Virus record (IMG/VR): IMGVR_UViG_3300047160_009708
Direction: 5' to 3' (one strand)
Length of the DNA stretch: 20,000 bases
From: an uncultured virus (IMG/VR IMGVR_UViG_3300047160_009708)
Lineage: Duplodnaviria; Heunggongvirae; Uroviricota; Caudoviricetes
In this document: positions 8,468 through 16,059 of the stretch, piece by piece
Layout of the letters: every line of letters starts with the position of its first letter
Position numbering within the stretch: position 1 is the first letter of the stretch
Position numbers and translations under genes: made by a program
The notes under the pieces: model-generated
The model's database searches: none
Told to the model about the DNA's origin: nothing
The model's input: only the letters and a program-made list of their open reading frames with translations

Positions 8468-8560
8468 TGTTAGAATGAACGAGCCCACCGGGAGATGGAC
8501 TCGACTCCCGACGGGCTCTGACCACGGGCACCTTGATTGAGGCAAGGCACGTCATGGCTA
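8468..8560 (+). promoter_or_regulatory. Extended -10 promoter and structured 5' leader of HNH gene 1
   Basis: TG-n-TAGAAT at 8468-8476; stems gagccc/gggctc and cgggag/ctcccg; ccttg/caagg hairpin before the ATG; homologous to 10386-10475. Confidence 0.65.
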
Positions 8561-9126
8561 GGAAAAAGCATACCCGATCCATCAACGAAGAGAGCATACG
8601 GATCTACGGCGAGCGCAACAAAATCCTGCGCTCACTGGGATTCTCATCGTATGGCGACTACCTGGCCAGTGAACTCTGGGCAGGTATTCGTGCGCGTGTC
8701 CTCGCAGGCGCTCGGCACAAATGCGAGACGTGTGGCCGATATGCTTCAGAGGTCCATCATGGAGCATATACACGATCATCTCTTGATGGCAGAAACCTGA
8801 CTAAGCTATTCGCGATCTGTCGGATCTGCCATGAGGATATTGAGTTTCGCAAGCGCGACGGCGCCAAACTCAGTCCCGTCGAAGCCACCAGTAAGCTGTT
8901 GGGTAAGCGGTCGTACGTGCGGCAGAAAAAAAACCTTACCAAGCAGTCACGATCGGAACCACGGATCACGGAAGTGTTCCAGGAATACAATCGGCGCGGA
9001 GCCGAAATTGTGCGGCTGAAAGCCGTAGTGTCCTGGGCCAACCATGAGATGCTCGGGATGCGCGCCGAAATTGAGCGGTTGACGGCCGAACTAGCGCGCG
9101 CACAAAAAGCCGACACCCATCCTTGA
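8554..9126 (+). CDS. HNH endonuclease (Cys-type, CxxC...HH...CxxCH) with C-terminal coiled coil
   Basis: YGDYLASELW..IR.RVL....HKCETCG...EVHH...N...L..ICRICH; visibly lower GC than its flanks; antisense to neighbours. Confidence 0.85.
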   Translation: MARKKHTRSINEESIRIYGERNKILRSLGFSSYGDYLASELWAGIRARVLAGARHKCETCGRYASEVHHGAYTRSSLDGRNLTKLFAICRICHEDIEFRKRDGAKLSPVEATSKLLGKRSYVRQKKNLTKQSRSEPRITEVFQEYNRRGAEIVRLKAVVSWANHEMLGMRAEIERLTAELARAQKADTHP

Positions 9127-9156
9127 GCGTCGGCCTTCGTGGTTTGAACGTGTGGG

Positions 9157-10122
9157 TCATGCGACCTTGGCGACCTTGGTCCGTGACTTACGTGTTCGCT
9201 TGGCCTTGGGTCTGGTGGCCTCGGGCTCAGCGGTCGGGACGGTGCCGCCGGGTTGAAGTTTGACCATCAGGTCCACGGCCTTTTGTGCCGCGCTGGCGGC
9301 CGTGAAGATGGCTTTGTTGTCGGCCTTGAGGCATTTGAGCCAGTGTCCCAGGTAGCTCGCGTGGTCGGCCCGTGGCTCGTTCTCGATGCCCAGGTGGGCA
9401 CAGGTGAACGCGGCGCCCATTTCGGCGACTAGCTCCTCGGCCGCGTACTCGGGGTTACCGAAGAGGTTTTTGATGGACCGGTTGAGCCGCGTCTCGGCGC
9501 CCGTCCAGTGGGTCACTTCGTGGGCGAGCGTGCCGTAGTAGGCCGTGCGGTCCTTGAAGTTTTCGGGGTTGGGCATCTGGATGAAGTCGGCCGACGGCCG
9601 GTAGAACGCCTGATCGCCGCCGTGTCGGACGTCGGCGCCGGTGTTCTTGAAGAATTGCTCGGCGTGTGCCAGGTGCTCGAACTGGGTTTGCTCGGGGTTG
9701 GCGTCGGGTTGGACGCCGAAGCGTTCTTCAAGCCCTTCGGTCTGGTCCAGGTTAAAGACGCAATAGTCGCGGACGAACCAGAAGCCGCCGCGTTTGGTGG
9801 TGGTTCCGTCTTCGGCCTCTTCCTCTTCGCCGCCCGCCGTGCCCCAGTAGACGATGTGGGTGCCCTTGGAACCGGGCTTGACGAAGCCGCCGTACTGCTT
9901 GACCTGGTTAAACGTCATCCAGTAGGGGCTCTGAAAGCCTTCACGGTCGGCGGTAAGCCAGAGCACCAGGGTGTTAATTCCCCGATAGGGTACGCCGTTG
10001 TGGCGTAGGGGCGTGGCGATCGAGCCACCGCGCCCGGCCTTCCACGGCCGCGCCCACGGTCGGACGCCTTTTTCGAGGGCCTCGATGATCTGATTCGTGA
10101 TGCGGTCATAAATGTTCTGCAT
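9157..10122 (-). CDS. ardC: ArdC-family antirestriction / ssDNA-binding protein (ArdC-N plus zincin MPTase domain)
   Basis: IYDRITNQIIEALEKGVRPWARPW, YRGIN, WMTFNQ, VFNLDQ, AFYRPSADFIQMP, TLAHEVTHWTG..RLNR, YAAEELVAEMGAAF, HASYLGHWL..LK.D.KAIF.AAS.AQKA. Confidence 0.95.
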   Translation of the reverse strand: MQNIYDRITNQIIEALEKGVRPWARPWKAGRGGSIATPLRHNGVPYRGINTLVLWLTADREGFQSPYWMTFNQVKQYGGFVKPGSKGTHIVYWGTAGGEEEEAEDGTTTKRGGFWFVRDYCVFNLDQTEGLEERFGVQPDANPEQTQFEHLAHAEQFFKNTGADVRHGGDQAFYRPSADFIQMPNPENFKDRTAYYGTLAHEVTHWTGAETRLNRSIKNLFGNPEYAAEELVAEMGAAFTCAHLGIENEPRADHASYLGHWLKCLKADNKAIFTAASAAQKAVDLMVKLQPGGTVPTAEPEATRPKAKRTRKSRTKVAKVA

Positions 10123-10157
10123 ATTGCAAAGCTCCCTTCTAACCTTGGTACGGTTAG

Positions 10158-10186
10158 AATATAGCTTTGGTTCAATATGCAGTCAA
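10158..10186 (-). promoter_or_regulatory. Sigma70-type promoter of ardC
   Basis: TTGACT-17 nt-TATATT on the minus strand, with a GGGAG RBS downstream. Confidence 0.75.
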
Positions 10187-10201
10187 TTTAATTTCGGGCG
10201 G

Positions 10202-10372
10202 TCATCCCTGGACGATGAAGCCGAAGACTTTCCAGCCGATGATGACGAGGATGAGCCAGATCAGCAGGGTCGGACCCCACGCCTTGTATTCACGGGCCTG
10301 CGCGCGAAAGTTCCACCCGCAGAAGAGGAGCGTTCCGAGCATGAGTGCCCAGAACAAAATGGCTAGCAGCAT
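10202..10372 (-). CDS. Small two-TM membrane protein (56 aa; not in ORF track)
   Basis: Manual translation MLLAILFWALMLGTLLFCGWNFRAQAREYKAWGPTLLIWLILVIIGWKVFGFIVQG; GAGG RBS. Confidence 0.75.
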   Translation of the reverse strand: MLLAILFWALMLGTLLFCGWNFRAQAREYKAWGPTLLIWLILVIIGWKVFGFIVQG

Positions 10373-10385
10373 GGGCGGGCCTCGC

Positions 10386-10475
10386 TATAATGAAGCGAGC
10401 CGAACGGGCGTCGTTACTCACCCGCGCGGCTCTCGCCACAACCAACCTTGATCAGAGCAAGGCACGTCATGGCTA
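10386..10475 (+). promoter_or_regulatory. -10 box and structured 5' leader of HNH gene 2
   Basis: TATAAT at 10386-10391; stems gagccg/cggctc and cggg/cccg; ccttg/caagg hairpin; homologous to 8471-8560. Confidence 0.65.
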
Positions 10476-11008
10476 CTAAGCATCGTACATTATCCTGTGA
10501 AGAGTGGCGCGCGGTTCCGGGCTATGAGGGCTGGTACGAAGTATCGAGCATGGGCAACATGCGCCGCGTTGGTCCGATCAAGGGACGACCGGTTTGCCGC
10601 GAACTGCGACCGGCCACCAGTGGCAGGGAATACAAGCATGTTGGCCTTCGCAAAGGCGGTTCCAAGAAGGTATTCAACGTGCACAGACTTGTTGCGATCG
10701 CGTTCCTTGGACCGCCGCCGACTCCGAAGCACCAGATCAATCACATCGACGGCAATAAGTTAAACAACAATGTAAGCAATCTTGAATGGGTGACGAGCGC
10801 TGAAAACGAAGCACACGCTGCGCGGATGGGCCTTAAGGCTCGTGGGAGTGAGAATGGGGCTGCAAAGCTAACAGAGTCAGACATTCCTGCGATCCGTGCC
10901 TTGAAGGGCCATGAGCCACACCGCGTGACAGCAACGAGATATGGTGTCTCAGAGGTCGCCATTAGCCTCATTCAGTTAGGTAAAACTTGGAAACATATTA
11001 AATCGTAA
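10469..11008 (+). CDS. NUMOD4-HNH homing endonuclease (I-HmuI-like) with C-terminal HTH
   Basis: EEWRAVPGYEGWYEVSSMGNMR (NUMOD4); VHRLVAIAFLG...INHIDGNKLNNNVSNLEWVT..EN (HNH_3); GSENGAAKLTE...YGVS..AISLI..GKTWKHI. Confidence 0.93.
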   Translation: MATKHRTLSCEEWRAVPGYEGWYEVSSMGNMRRVGPIKGRPVCRELRPATSGREYKHVGLRKGGSKKVFNVHRLVAIAFLGPPPTPKHQINHIDGNKLNNNVSNLEWVTSAENEAHAARMGLKARGSENGAAKLTESDIPAIRALKGHEPHRVTATRYGVSEVAISLIQLGKTWKHIKS

Positions 11009-11021
11009 TCGCGACATCCAG

Positions 11022-11040
11022 GCTCTCCCCACGGGAGAGC
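11022..11040. terminator. Hairpin between convergent genes, possible terminator
   Basis: gctctccc-cac-gggagagc lies between the stops at 11008 (+) and 11053 (-); there is no strong U-tract. Confidence 0.45.
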
Positions 11041-11052
11041 ATATAATCATGG

Positions 11053-11835
11053 TCACCTAAAGCCAGCGCCGCCACCGAGTACGTAGGGCATACCGTACGA
11101 CGACGACGGCGCTGGCAGAAATGAACTCGTACCATACTGTGTGAACGACGGCTGCTGTGCCTGGTAGGTGACGACGCGCGGCGCTTGCTGCGCGGTGCTG
11201 GCGCGCCAAGTAGCCATTGCTTGATCATATGCGTTTAGGACATCAAGATCCTTGAGTAACGCGATCAGGCTGGGGTTCGAATATTCGACGCCTCGATCAG
11301 TCTTGCCGTGGAAGCGGCGCGGGGTGAACCACACGCCAGCGGGGAGGCTCACGCGCTCGGATTCATCATCGTCTGGCGCCGGCTTCGGCGGTGGATCGCG
11401 ATGGTTCACTTGCGTGCGCAGGATCGCGTGTGCGATCGGGATATCGGGCGTACGGTCGGGCTCGGGCCAGTCGTCGGGCGATGTGGCGATAACGACCGGC
11501 GCCGGAAGTGCTCGTGTGGCCGGTGCCGGAGTGACCGGCGCGGGCGACGGTGGCACGACCAGCGTCGGTCGCTTAAGCGGCTCAACCGGCTTGTCACTTA
11601 GGCCAACGGCGGCCAGGGGAAGCCGTTGGCTATGGACTTGCGGCGGAACCGTGTTCGGTCTGCCGTGCGGCGCCCACTGGCTGCGCGCCACGATTGCGCC
11701 CAGGACAACGATCGCGGTCGGCTGCCAGTAAGCGCTTATGCAATGCACCAGCGCTTGAGCCTGGTGCGCCGCTCGCGTAACTCCATTGATACCAATCATT
11801 AAGCGCCTGCCTTGCATTAAGCGCTTAACGTGCAT
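11053..11835 (-). CDS. Pro-rich, probably membrane-anchored or secreted hypothetical protein (start uncertain)
   Basis: Hydrophobic stretch TAIVVLGAIVA followed by a long Pro-rich region; collinear with the CAP gene. Confidence 0.55.
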   Translation of the reverse strand: MHVKRLMQGRRLMIGINGVTRAAHQAQALVHCISAYWQPTAIVVLGAIVARSQWAPHGRPNTVPPQVHSQRLPLAAVGLSDKPVEPLKRPTLVVPPSPAPVTPAPATRALPAPVVIATSPDDWPEPDRTPDIPIAHAILRTQVNHRDPPPKPAPDDDESERVSLPAGVWFTPRRFHGKTDRGVEYSNPSLIALLKDLDVLNAYDQAMATWRASTAQQAPRVVTYQAQQPSFTQYGTSSFLPAPSSSYGMPYVLGGGAGFR

Positions 11836-11842
11836 AACGCGC

Positions 11843-12475
11843 TTAACGCACGTTCAATGTGGCGTATCGGCCAGCCGCCGCGAGACCGGCGACTGTTGCG
11901 GTTCGCGACAGCATGATGTTGCGGTGCGGCGCACTGGCGTACCACATCTGCGCGGCCGAGTGGGACGAGCCGGTCATGGCGACGCACTGCATCGCGCCGC
12001 CCGTAACGTGGTGGCCCATGCCGCGTCGGGCCTGGTGGGCGTTGTTGGTCGCGGCGTGCGCGGCCAGGTTACCGTCCCAGCGTAAGGGTGGCAGGCCGTG
12101 GCGGGCGCGGATCGCATTGATCGGTGCCAGTGGGTCAACGTAGGTTGTGGGCGGTGGCGGTGGCGGCAGCGCGGGTCGCTCTTGCGGGGTCGCCTTCGGG
12201 GGCGCCTGGGGTGTGGACTTGGCCGGTGGCGGCGGCGCGGGCAGTTGGACGGCCTGCGGCGTAGCGTAGACGTACTGGGGCGCCGGGCAGCTTGTGGTCG
12301 TGCACGTCGGCGCATAGCCGCACGGCTCTTGGTAGCAACCCGTGTAGACCGTTTGATGCTTGGACTTGTGTCCGCAGCAGCCGCCGCCGTGGTGGCGGGC
12401 CTTGCGGTGGCAGCAGGCGTCTGCGGTGACGGGGATCAGGCAGATCGCGATCAGGGTGAACAGGACGCGGCGCAT
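11843..12475 (-). CDS. Secreted CAP (SCP/Tpx-1/Ag5/PR-1) domain protein
   Basis: GAGGTG RBS; signal peptide MRRVLFTLIAICLIPVTADA; Cys/His- and Pro-rich linker; INAIRARHGLPPLRWDGNL...MGH...MWYASAPHRNIML. Confidence 0.88.
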   Translation of the reverse strand: MRRVLFTLIAICLIPVTADACCHRKARHHGGGCCGHKSKHQTVYTGCYQEPCGYAPTCTTTSCPAPQYVYATPQAVQLPAPPPPAKSTPQAPPKATPQERPALPPPPPPTTYVDPLAPINAIRARHGLPPLRWDGNLAAHAATNNAHQARRGMGHHVTGGAMQCVAMTGSSHSAAQMWYASAPHRNIMLSRTATVAGLAAAGRYATLNVR

Positions 12476-12524
12476 CGGATCACCTCGTGTGTAGGGTGAA
12501 CGGGTTTCGAATGACCGCACACCC

Positions 12525-12731
12525 TTACCCCCGCGCGGGGTAGCGCGCCAAGATCAATCCCTGGGCGCGGGCCGCCTTGCGCAGTTGGTAGCGCGCGTGT
12601 GCGTGCGCTTTTGAGATCCCCAAGAGGATCGCGATCTGCGCGAACGACAGCCCCTTCTCGTCCCGTAGTTTTTCGATGCGTTCATCGCGCTGGCGTTGCC
12701 GCTGCGCGTTCAGTTCCCGCCGTGTCATCAT
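12525..12731 (-). CDS. Small HTH DNA-binding protein (sigma70 region 4-like)
   Basis: RDERIEKLRDEKGLSFAQIAILLGISKAHAHARY. Confidence 0.75.
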   Translation of the reverse strand: MMTRRELNAQRQRQRDERIEKLRDEKGLSFAQIAILLGISKAHAHARYQLRKAARAQGLILARYPARG

Positions 12732-12854
12732 TGAGCAATATCACGACAAGCGTGGTTGCAATGCAAGAATTCGTCCAGTCTTATGTGCGCAAGTGCTTAC
12801 GCGATGGCGACTTAGTGCATTCGGACCGTCTTTAGACCGATTGGCACGTCATTA

Positions 12855-12884
12855 TTGACAGGCGGCCGCGCGATCGATTACGTT
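12855..12884 (+). promoter_or_regulatory. Possible sigma70 promoter for the 12912 gene
   Basis: TTGACA-18 nt-TACGTT. Confidence 0.4.
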
Positions 12885-12911
12885 GCGTGCGCTGGCGCGA
12901 GGGCATCCGGC

Positions 12912-13574
12912 ATGAATGCGCTTTCGATCGGCGCACTCAACACACTTACATATCTGGGCCAGTTAGACGAGACGACGCCGACGCTGCCAGCGGTCTGCGC
13001 CGCGCTCGGGGAGCGGTCGGCGATTCGGCATCTGGGCCGCCTGTACGATGACGGTCTGATCGAGACGGTGCGCGTGGGCGACGAGGACGCCGTGCGGCTG
13101 ACCGAGCGCGGTCAGGACGCGTACCTGCTGCGGCACGCGATGCTGGCGCGGATCGGCAAGCGTAAGGCGGGCTGCAAGCGGCGCTGTCCGAACGCGACCG
13201 ACGCGGGCATTGACATGGACACGATCGGCACGATCGCGACCGACCCGGCGCGGCGTCTTGAGGCGCACGAGGAGCAGGTGGCGCTGGCGCGGCGGTGGCA
13301 GTCGTACCGGCTCGACGAGCCCTGGCCGCTCTTGATCATCGGCATTGACTTGCAGTGGCCGGTGCCGGGCCAGTCGCGTGCGCCGGCCGGTCCGGACGTA
13401 CCCGGCCGCAACGGGCACCACGCATTGAACGGCCATTGCTACGCGTGCGAGGGCATCAATCGCCGGCGCCGGTTCTGCACGTGCTGCGATCGGCCCGGTT
13501 ACGCGGGTCGTATTGCCAACGAGCCCCCACACCGTAAGCCAAGGCCACCCCACTTACGCGGAGGATGCGGTTAA
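12912..13574 (+). CDS. Putative winged-helix protein with C-terminal Cys cluster
   Basis: GAGGG RBS; AIRHLGRLYDDGLIE...VRLTERG is a wHTH-like wing; C-terminal CYAC...CTCC. Confidence 0.6.
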   Translation: MNALSIGALNTLTYLGQLDETTPTLPAVCAALGERSAIRHLGRLYDDGLIETVRVGDEDAVRLTERGQDAYLLRHAMLARIGKRKAGCKRRCPNATDAGIDMDTIGTIATDPARRLEAHEEQVALARRWQSYRLDEPWPLLIIGIDLQWPVPGQSRAPAGPDVPGRNGHHALNGHCYACEGINRRRRFCTCCDRPGYAGRIANEPPHRKPRPPHLRGGCG

Positions 13575-13603
13575 TCCACACGTGACCATGCTTCTCCTGA
13601 TAG

Positions 13604-14272
13604 TCAAGCGTCGGACGCGCCGTTGCTCTCGGGCGCGGGCGTCGGGTGGCTTTGCTTGTAGAGTCGCGTGGCCTCGAACACGCGGGCCTTGAGCTGGCTG
13701 TCAAACTCACTGAGTATGGCGTTCAATGCCGCGACCTTGGCGTCGGCGCGCTCCACGGCGTCGTGAAGGCGCTGGCGTCGCTTCTTGCCGCCCTTGCGGT
13801 GCTCGGACGCCTCGGCCACGCGGCCGAGATCGAGCGCCAGCGCGCTCTTGGCTTCGTTGAGGCGCTTGAGGGTAGCGTCCAGCCGCTCCTTGCCTTCAGG
13901 ATCGACCGCGTTGAGGGCCTCGATGGCCGCGATCCGATCCGACTGGGGCACGTCGCGCGGGTCAACGTCGGCCACTTCGAACCACCCGCCCTCGGGGAAC
14001 AGTTGGGAATCGATCAGATCGCCCAGGGTCTTCTTGATTTGCCTGACCGCGATGCCTTTGGTCAGTTGCACCCGCGCCCGGTCCAGGAGATCGTGGAGTT
14101 GGGTGCTGCTGCGGATATTGGTGGTACAGATTGCGCGCTCGTCGTCGCCGATCACGACGATGATGTTCGGCTCTTCGTCGAGCACGGCGCTGGCCATCTT
14201 GGCGACCGCCTCACTGATCGCGCCCAGCAGGGTCTTCTGCGTCTTGGTCGAAATGGTTTTGAGTGTGCGCAT
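13604..14272 (-). CDS. Hypothetical protein with C-terminal coiled coil (222 aa)
   Basis: GAGG RBS; last gene of the coupled minus-strand array. Confidence 0.75.
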   Translation of the reverse strand: MRTLKTISTKTQKTLLGAISEAVAKMASAVLDEEPNIIVVIGDDERAICTTNIRSSTQLHDLLDRARVQLTKGIAVRQIKKTLGDLIDSQLFPEGGWFEVADVDPRDVPQSDRIAAIEALNAVDPEGKERLDATLKRLNEAKSALALDLGRVAEASEHRKGGKKRRQRLHDAVERADAKVAALNAILSEFDSQLKARVFEATRLYKQSHPTPAPESNGASDA

Positions 14273-14286
14273 GGTTGCCTCTTGAG

Positions 14287-14598
14287 TTAGGGGTTGAAGG
14301 TATTGAGTGCAAACTCGGTGGCGTCACCGTCGGGCCTCGGTTCCCAAAGGGTGCGCTCCTTGCCATTCTGGTTGATCCAGACCAGGGGCCAGCCGCGCCC
14401 CTCGGCGTGCCGCTGCGCCTGGCCGACGGCGACCGTGAACGAGCCGGCGCAGTCCATGATCCACGCGAACCCGAGTCGCCAGCTTTGCTCATAAACTTCG
14501 TAGCTAGGGCCGAAGCCCGAGTTGGTGGACGAGCGCAGGACCACGCGCTCGACCTTCGGCCCATTGTGCTCCGCGTAACCAAGTGCATCAGGCATCAC
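14287..14598 (-). CDS. Hypothetical protein
   Basis: GGAGGAG RBS; overlaps the upstream stop. Confidence 0.7.
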   Translation of the reverse strand: MMPDALGYAEHNGPKVERVVLRSSTNSGFGPSYEVYEQSWRLGFAWIMDCAGSFTVAVGQAQRHAEGRGWPLVWINQNGKERTLWEPRPDGDATEFALNTFNP

Positions 14599-14840
14599 TC
14601 CTCCTCGTAGCCGTTACAAACGCCACACCAGGTCATCGGGTCAGCCGACCAGGATAAGGCAAGGTTCAGACTATCGTGACCCACCAGATAGCCGTGGTCC
14701 TCGCAAACGGTCCACCACGGCATTTCGTTGCTAAGGTCAGACTGATCTGCCTTGTAGACGCCGACCAGCCGACGAGTCTGACGAGATCGCCGTTGCACGA
14801 CGCAACCGGCAATTCCATTGAAGTTGTATTGTCTGCTCAT
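14595..14840 (-). CDS. Hypothetical protein with CxxH...WCxxC metal-binding motif
   Basis: MSRQYNFNG...WWTVCEDHG...TWCGVC; GAGGTG RBS; ATGA overlap. Confidence 0.75.
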   Translation of the reverse strand: MSRQYNFNGIAGCVVQRRSRQTRRLVGVYKADQSDLSNEMPWWTVCEDHGYLVGHDSLNLALSWSADPMTWCGVCNGYEEE

Positions 14841-15052
14841 CTCTTCACCTCCTCCCTCGGATCGTCGATGTAGCGGCCGCGCATCGCTCCGCACTGGGGA
14901 CAGCGCTGCATCTGCACGCGCGGCGGTCGGCTGCTGGGCAAACCCACGTCTTGCCACTGACACGCGGCGCACGGCACGGGCACTTTGCCCAGGCCGCCGA
15001 TCAGGATCGGCGTGGTCACCCACGCGCCGTCAGGTTGCTGATACGTTTTCAT
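14837..15052 (-). CDS. Small Zn-ribbon protein
   Basis: CAAC...CPQCG; GGAGGTG RBS; ATGA overlap. Confidence 0.7.
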   Translation of the reverse strand: MKTYQQPDGAWVTTPILIGGLGKVPVPCAACQWQDVGLPSSRPPRVQMQRCPQCGAMRGRYIDDPREEVKR

Positions 15053-15405
15053 ATCGTCACCTCCCTCTGCATCGCCACGATGCGCTGCTCGGCATCGTCG
15101 AGTCGTTCAGCGCGGTAGGCATAAGACTGTGCAGCGGAATGGAGATTAGCCGTGGCTTCCTCCACATCCTTGCGGTAGTGGGTCAGGTAGGCTTCGATGG
15201 CCTCTGCGCGACTACCTCTGTTGCCGGTGGCCAGCAGATCCTTGGTGTGTTCCGTGAATTCGCGTCCATCCGTAATTTGGTAGGTGATTTTGCCGCCCGC
15301 TTGCTTCACGATTGGGTAGATCAGGATTTCGCAGGTGCCTCTGCCGTCGTCAGAGCGGGTGCGGACGCGATAGAGCGTATTGGACTCGATACGGGTTTTC
15401 TTCAT
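15049..15405 (-). CDS. Hypothetical protein (MKKTRIES...)
   Basis: GGAGGTG RBS; ATGA overlap. Confidence 0.72.
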   Translation of the reverse strand: MKKTRIESNTLYRVRTRSDDGRGTCEILIYPIVKQAGGKITYQITDGREFTEHTKDLLATGNRGSRAEAIEAYLTHYRKDVEEATANLHSAAQSYAYRAERLDDAEQRIVAMQREVTI

Positions 15406-15878
15406 CGGTTCACCTCCTCGGTATGGTTGCCCAGCGCGGCCAGCCAGTCGTGGACGGACCGCCAGATCCGCCACTCATGCCAGTCGGTGGTTCGAAACGT
15501 CTTGAGTGCGGGATAGCTCGTGCCGTCGGTCTCGATGCCGCCCCACGATCGGGCGGCGTCGATCTGCGCGTGCACGTTGTGACGCGTGTCGTCCTCGGGC
15601 GCGCCGATACACGACCACGCGCTCCGCCACTCCTTCGCGGTCTGCGGCCGGTGCACCGTGCCGCGCTGCACGTAGAGCACGTCGTCGTCCTCGGGGTCCC
15701 TCCAAAACTCGACGACACTGGCGTAGCCGTACGGCTCCCAGTCGCGCGGATCGTAGAAGTAGCCGCCGTGGTCAATGGCATTACAGTCGCCGATATAGCT
15801 GCAACCGTAGTGCGCGGCGACGTCCCAGCCGCTCAGGCTGGCGACCTGTTGCCACCCTGCCTTTTCTGCCGTAGTCAT
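15402..15878 (-). CDS. Hypothetical phage protein (158 aa)
   Basis: Globular composition (YIGDCNAIDHGGYF); AAGG RBS; fits the gene array. Confidence 0.75.
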   Translation of the reverse strand: MTTAEKAGWQQVASLSGWDVAAHYGCSYIGDCNAIDHGGYFYDPRDWEPYGYASVVEFWRDPEDDDVLYVQRGTVHRPQTAKEWRSAWSCIGAPEDDTRHNVHAQIDAARSWGGIETDGTSYPALKTFRTTDWHEWRIWRSVHDWLAALGNHTEEVNR

Positions 15879-15882
15879 ATGA

Positions 15883-16059
15883 TTAGCCTTTCAGTTGAGC
15901 GCGGATGTAGCTCACTAGCTCCGCGCGGTGCTGACGGATGAACTTGGGTAGAGCGGCGTCCATCGCATCGCCGTTGCCGCCGCTGAACGCGAGCGCCCAG
16001 TTATACAAGCGCTCGTCGTTCAGCACCCACTCACGGATTTCGTCGTTGTCGATTCTCAT
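15883..16059 (-). CDS. Small hypothetical phage protein (WVLNDERLYNW motif)
   Basis: MRIDNDEIREWVLNDERLYNW...FIRQHRAELVSYI; ATGA overlap. Confidence 0.72.
   Translation of the reverse strand: MRIDNDEIREWVLNDERLYNWALAFSGGNGDAMDAALPKFIRQHRAELVSYIRAQLKG

Noticed and set aside
8554..9126. HNH1 as an IscB/Cas9-like RNA-guided nuclease or as the canonical terminase-accessory HNH
   Set aside because: No RuvC motifs or PLMP N-terminus, and the leader is far shorter than an omegaRNA. It is antisense to terS/terL, unlike HK97 gp74-type genes, although an accessory role is not excluded.
10386..11040. Group I intron or IS element around the NUMOD4-HNH gene
   Set aside because: The gene is intergenic and antisense, with no interrupted host gene, intron core, terminal inverted repeats or clear target duplication seen.
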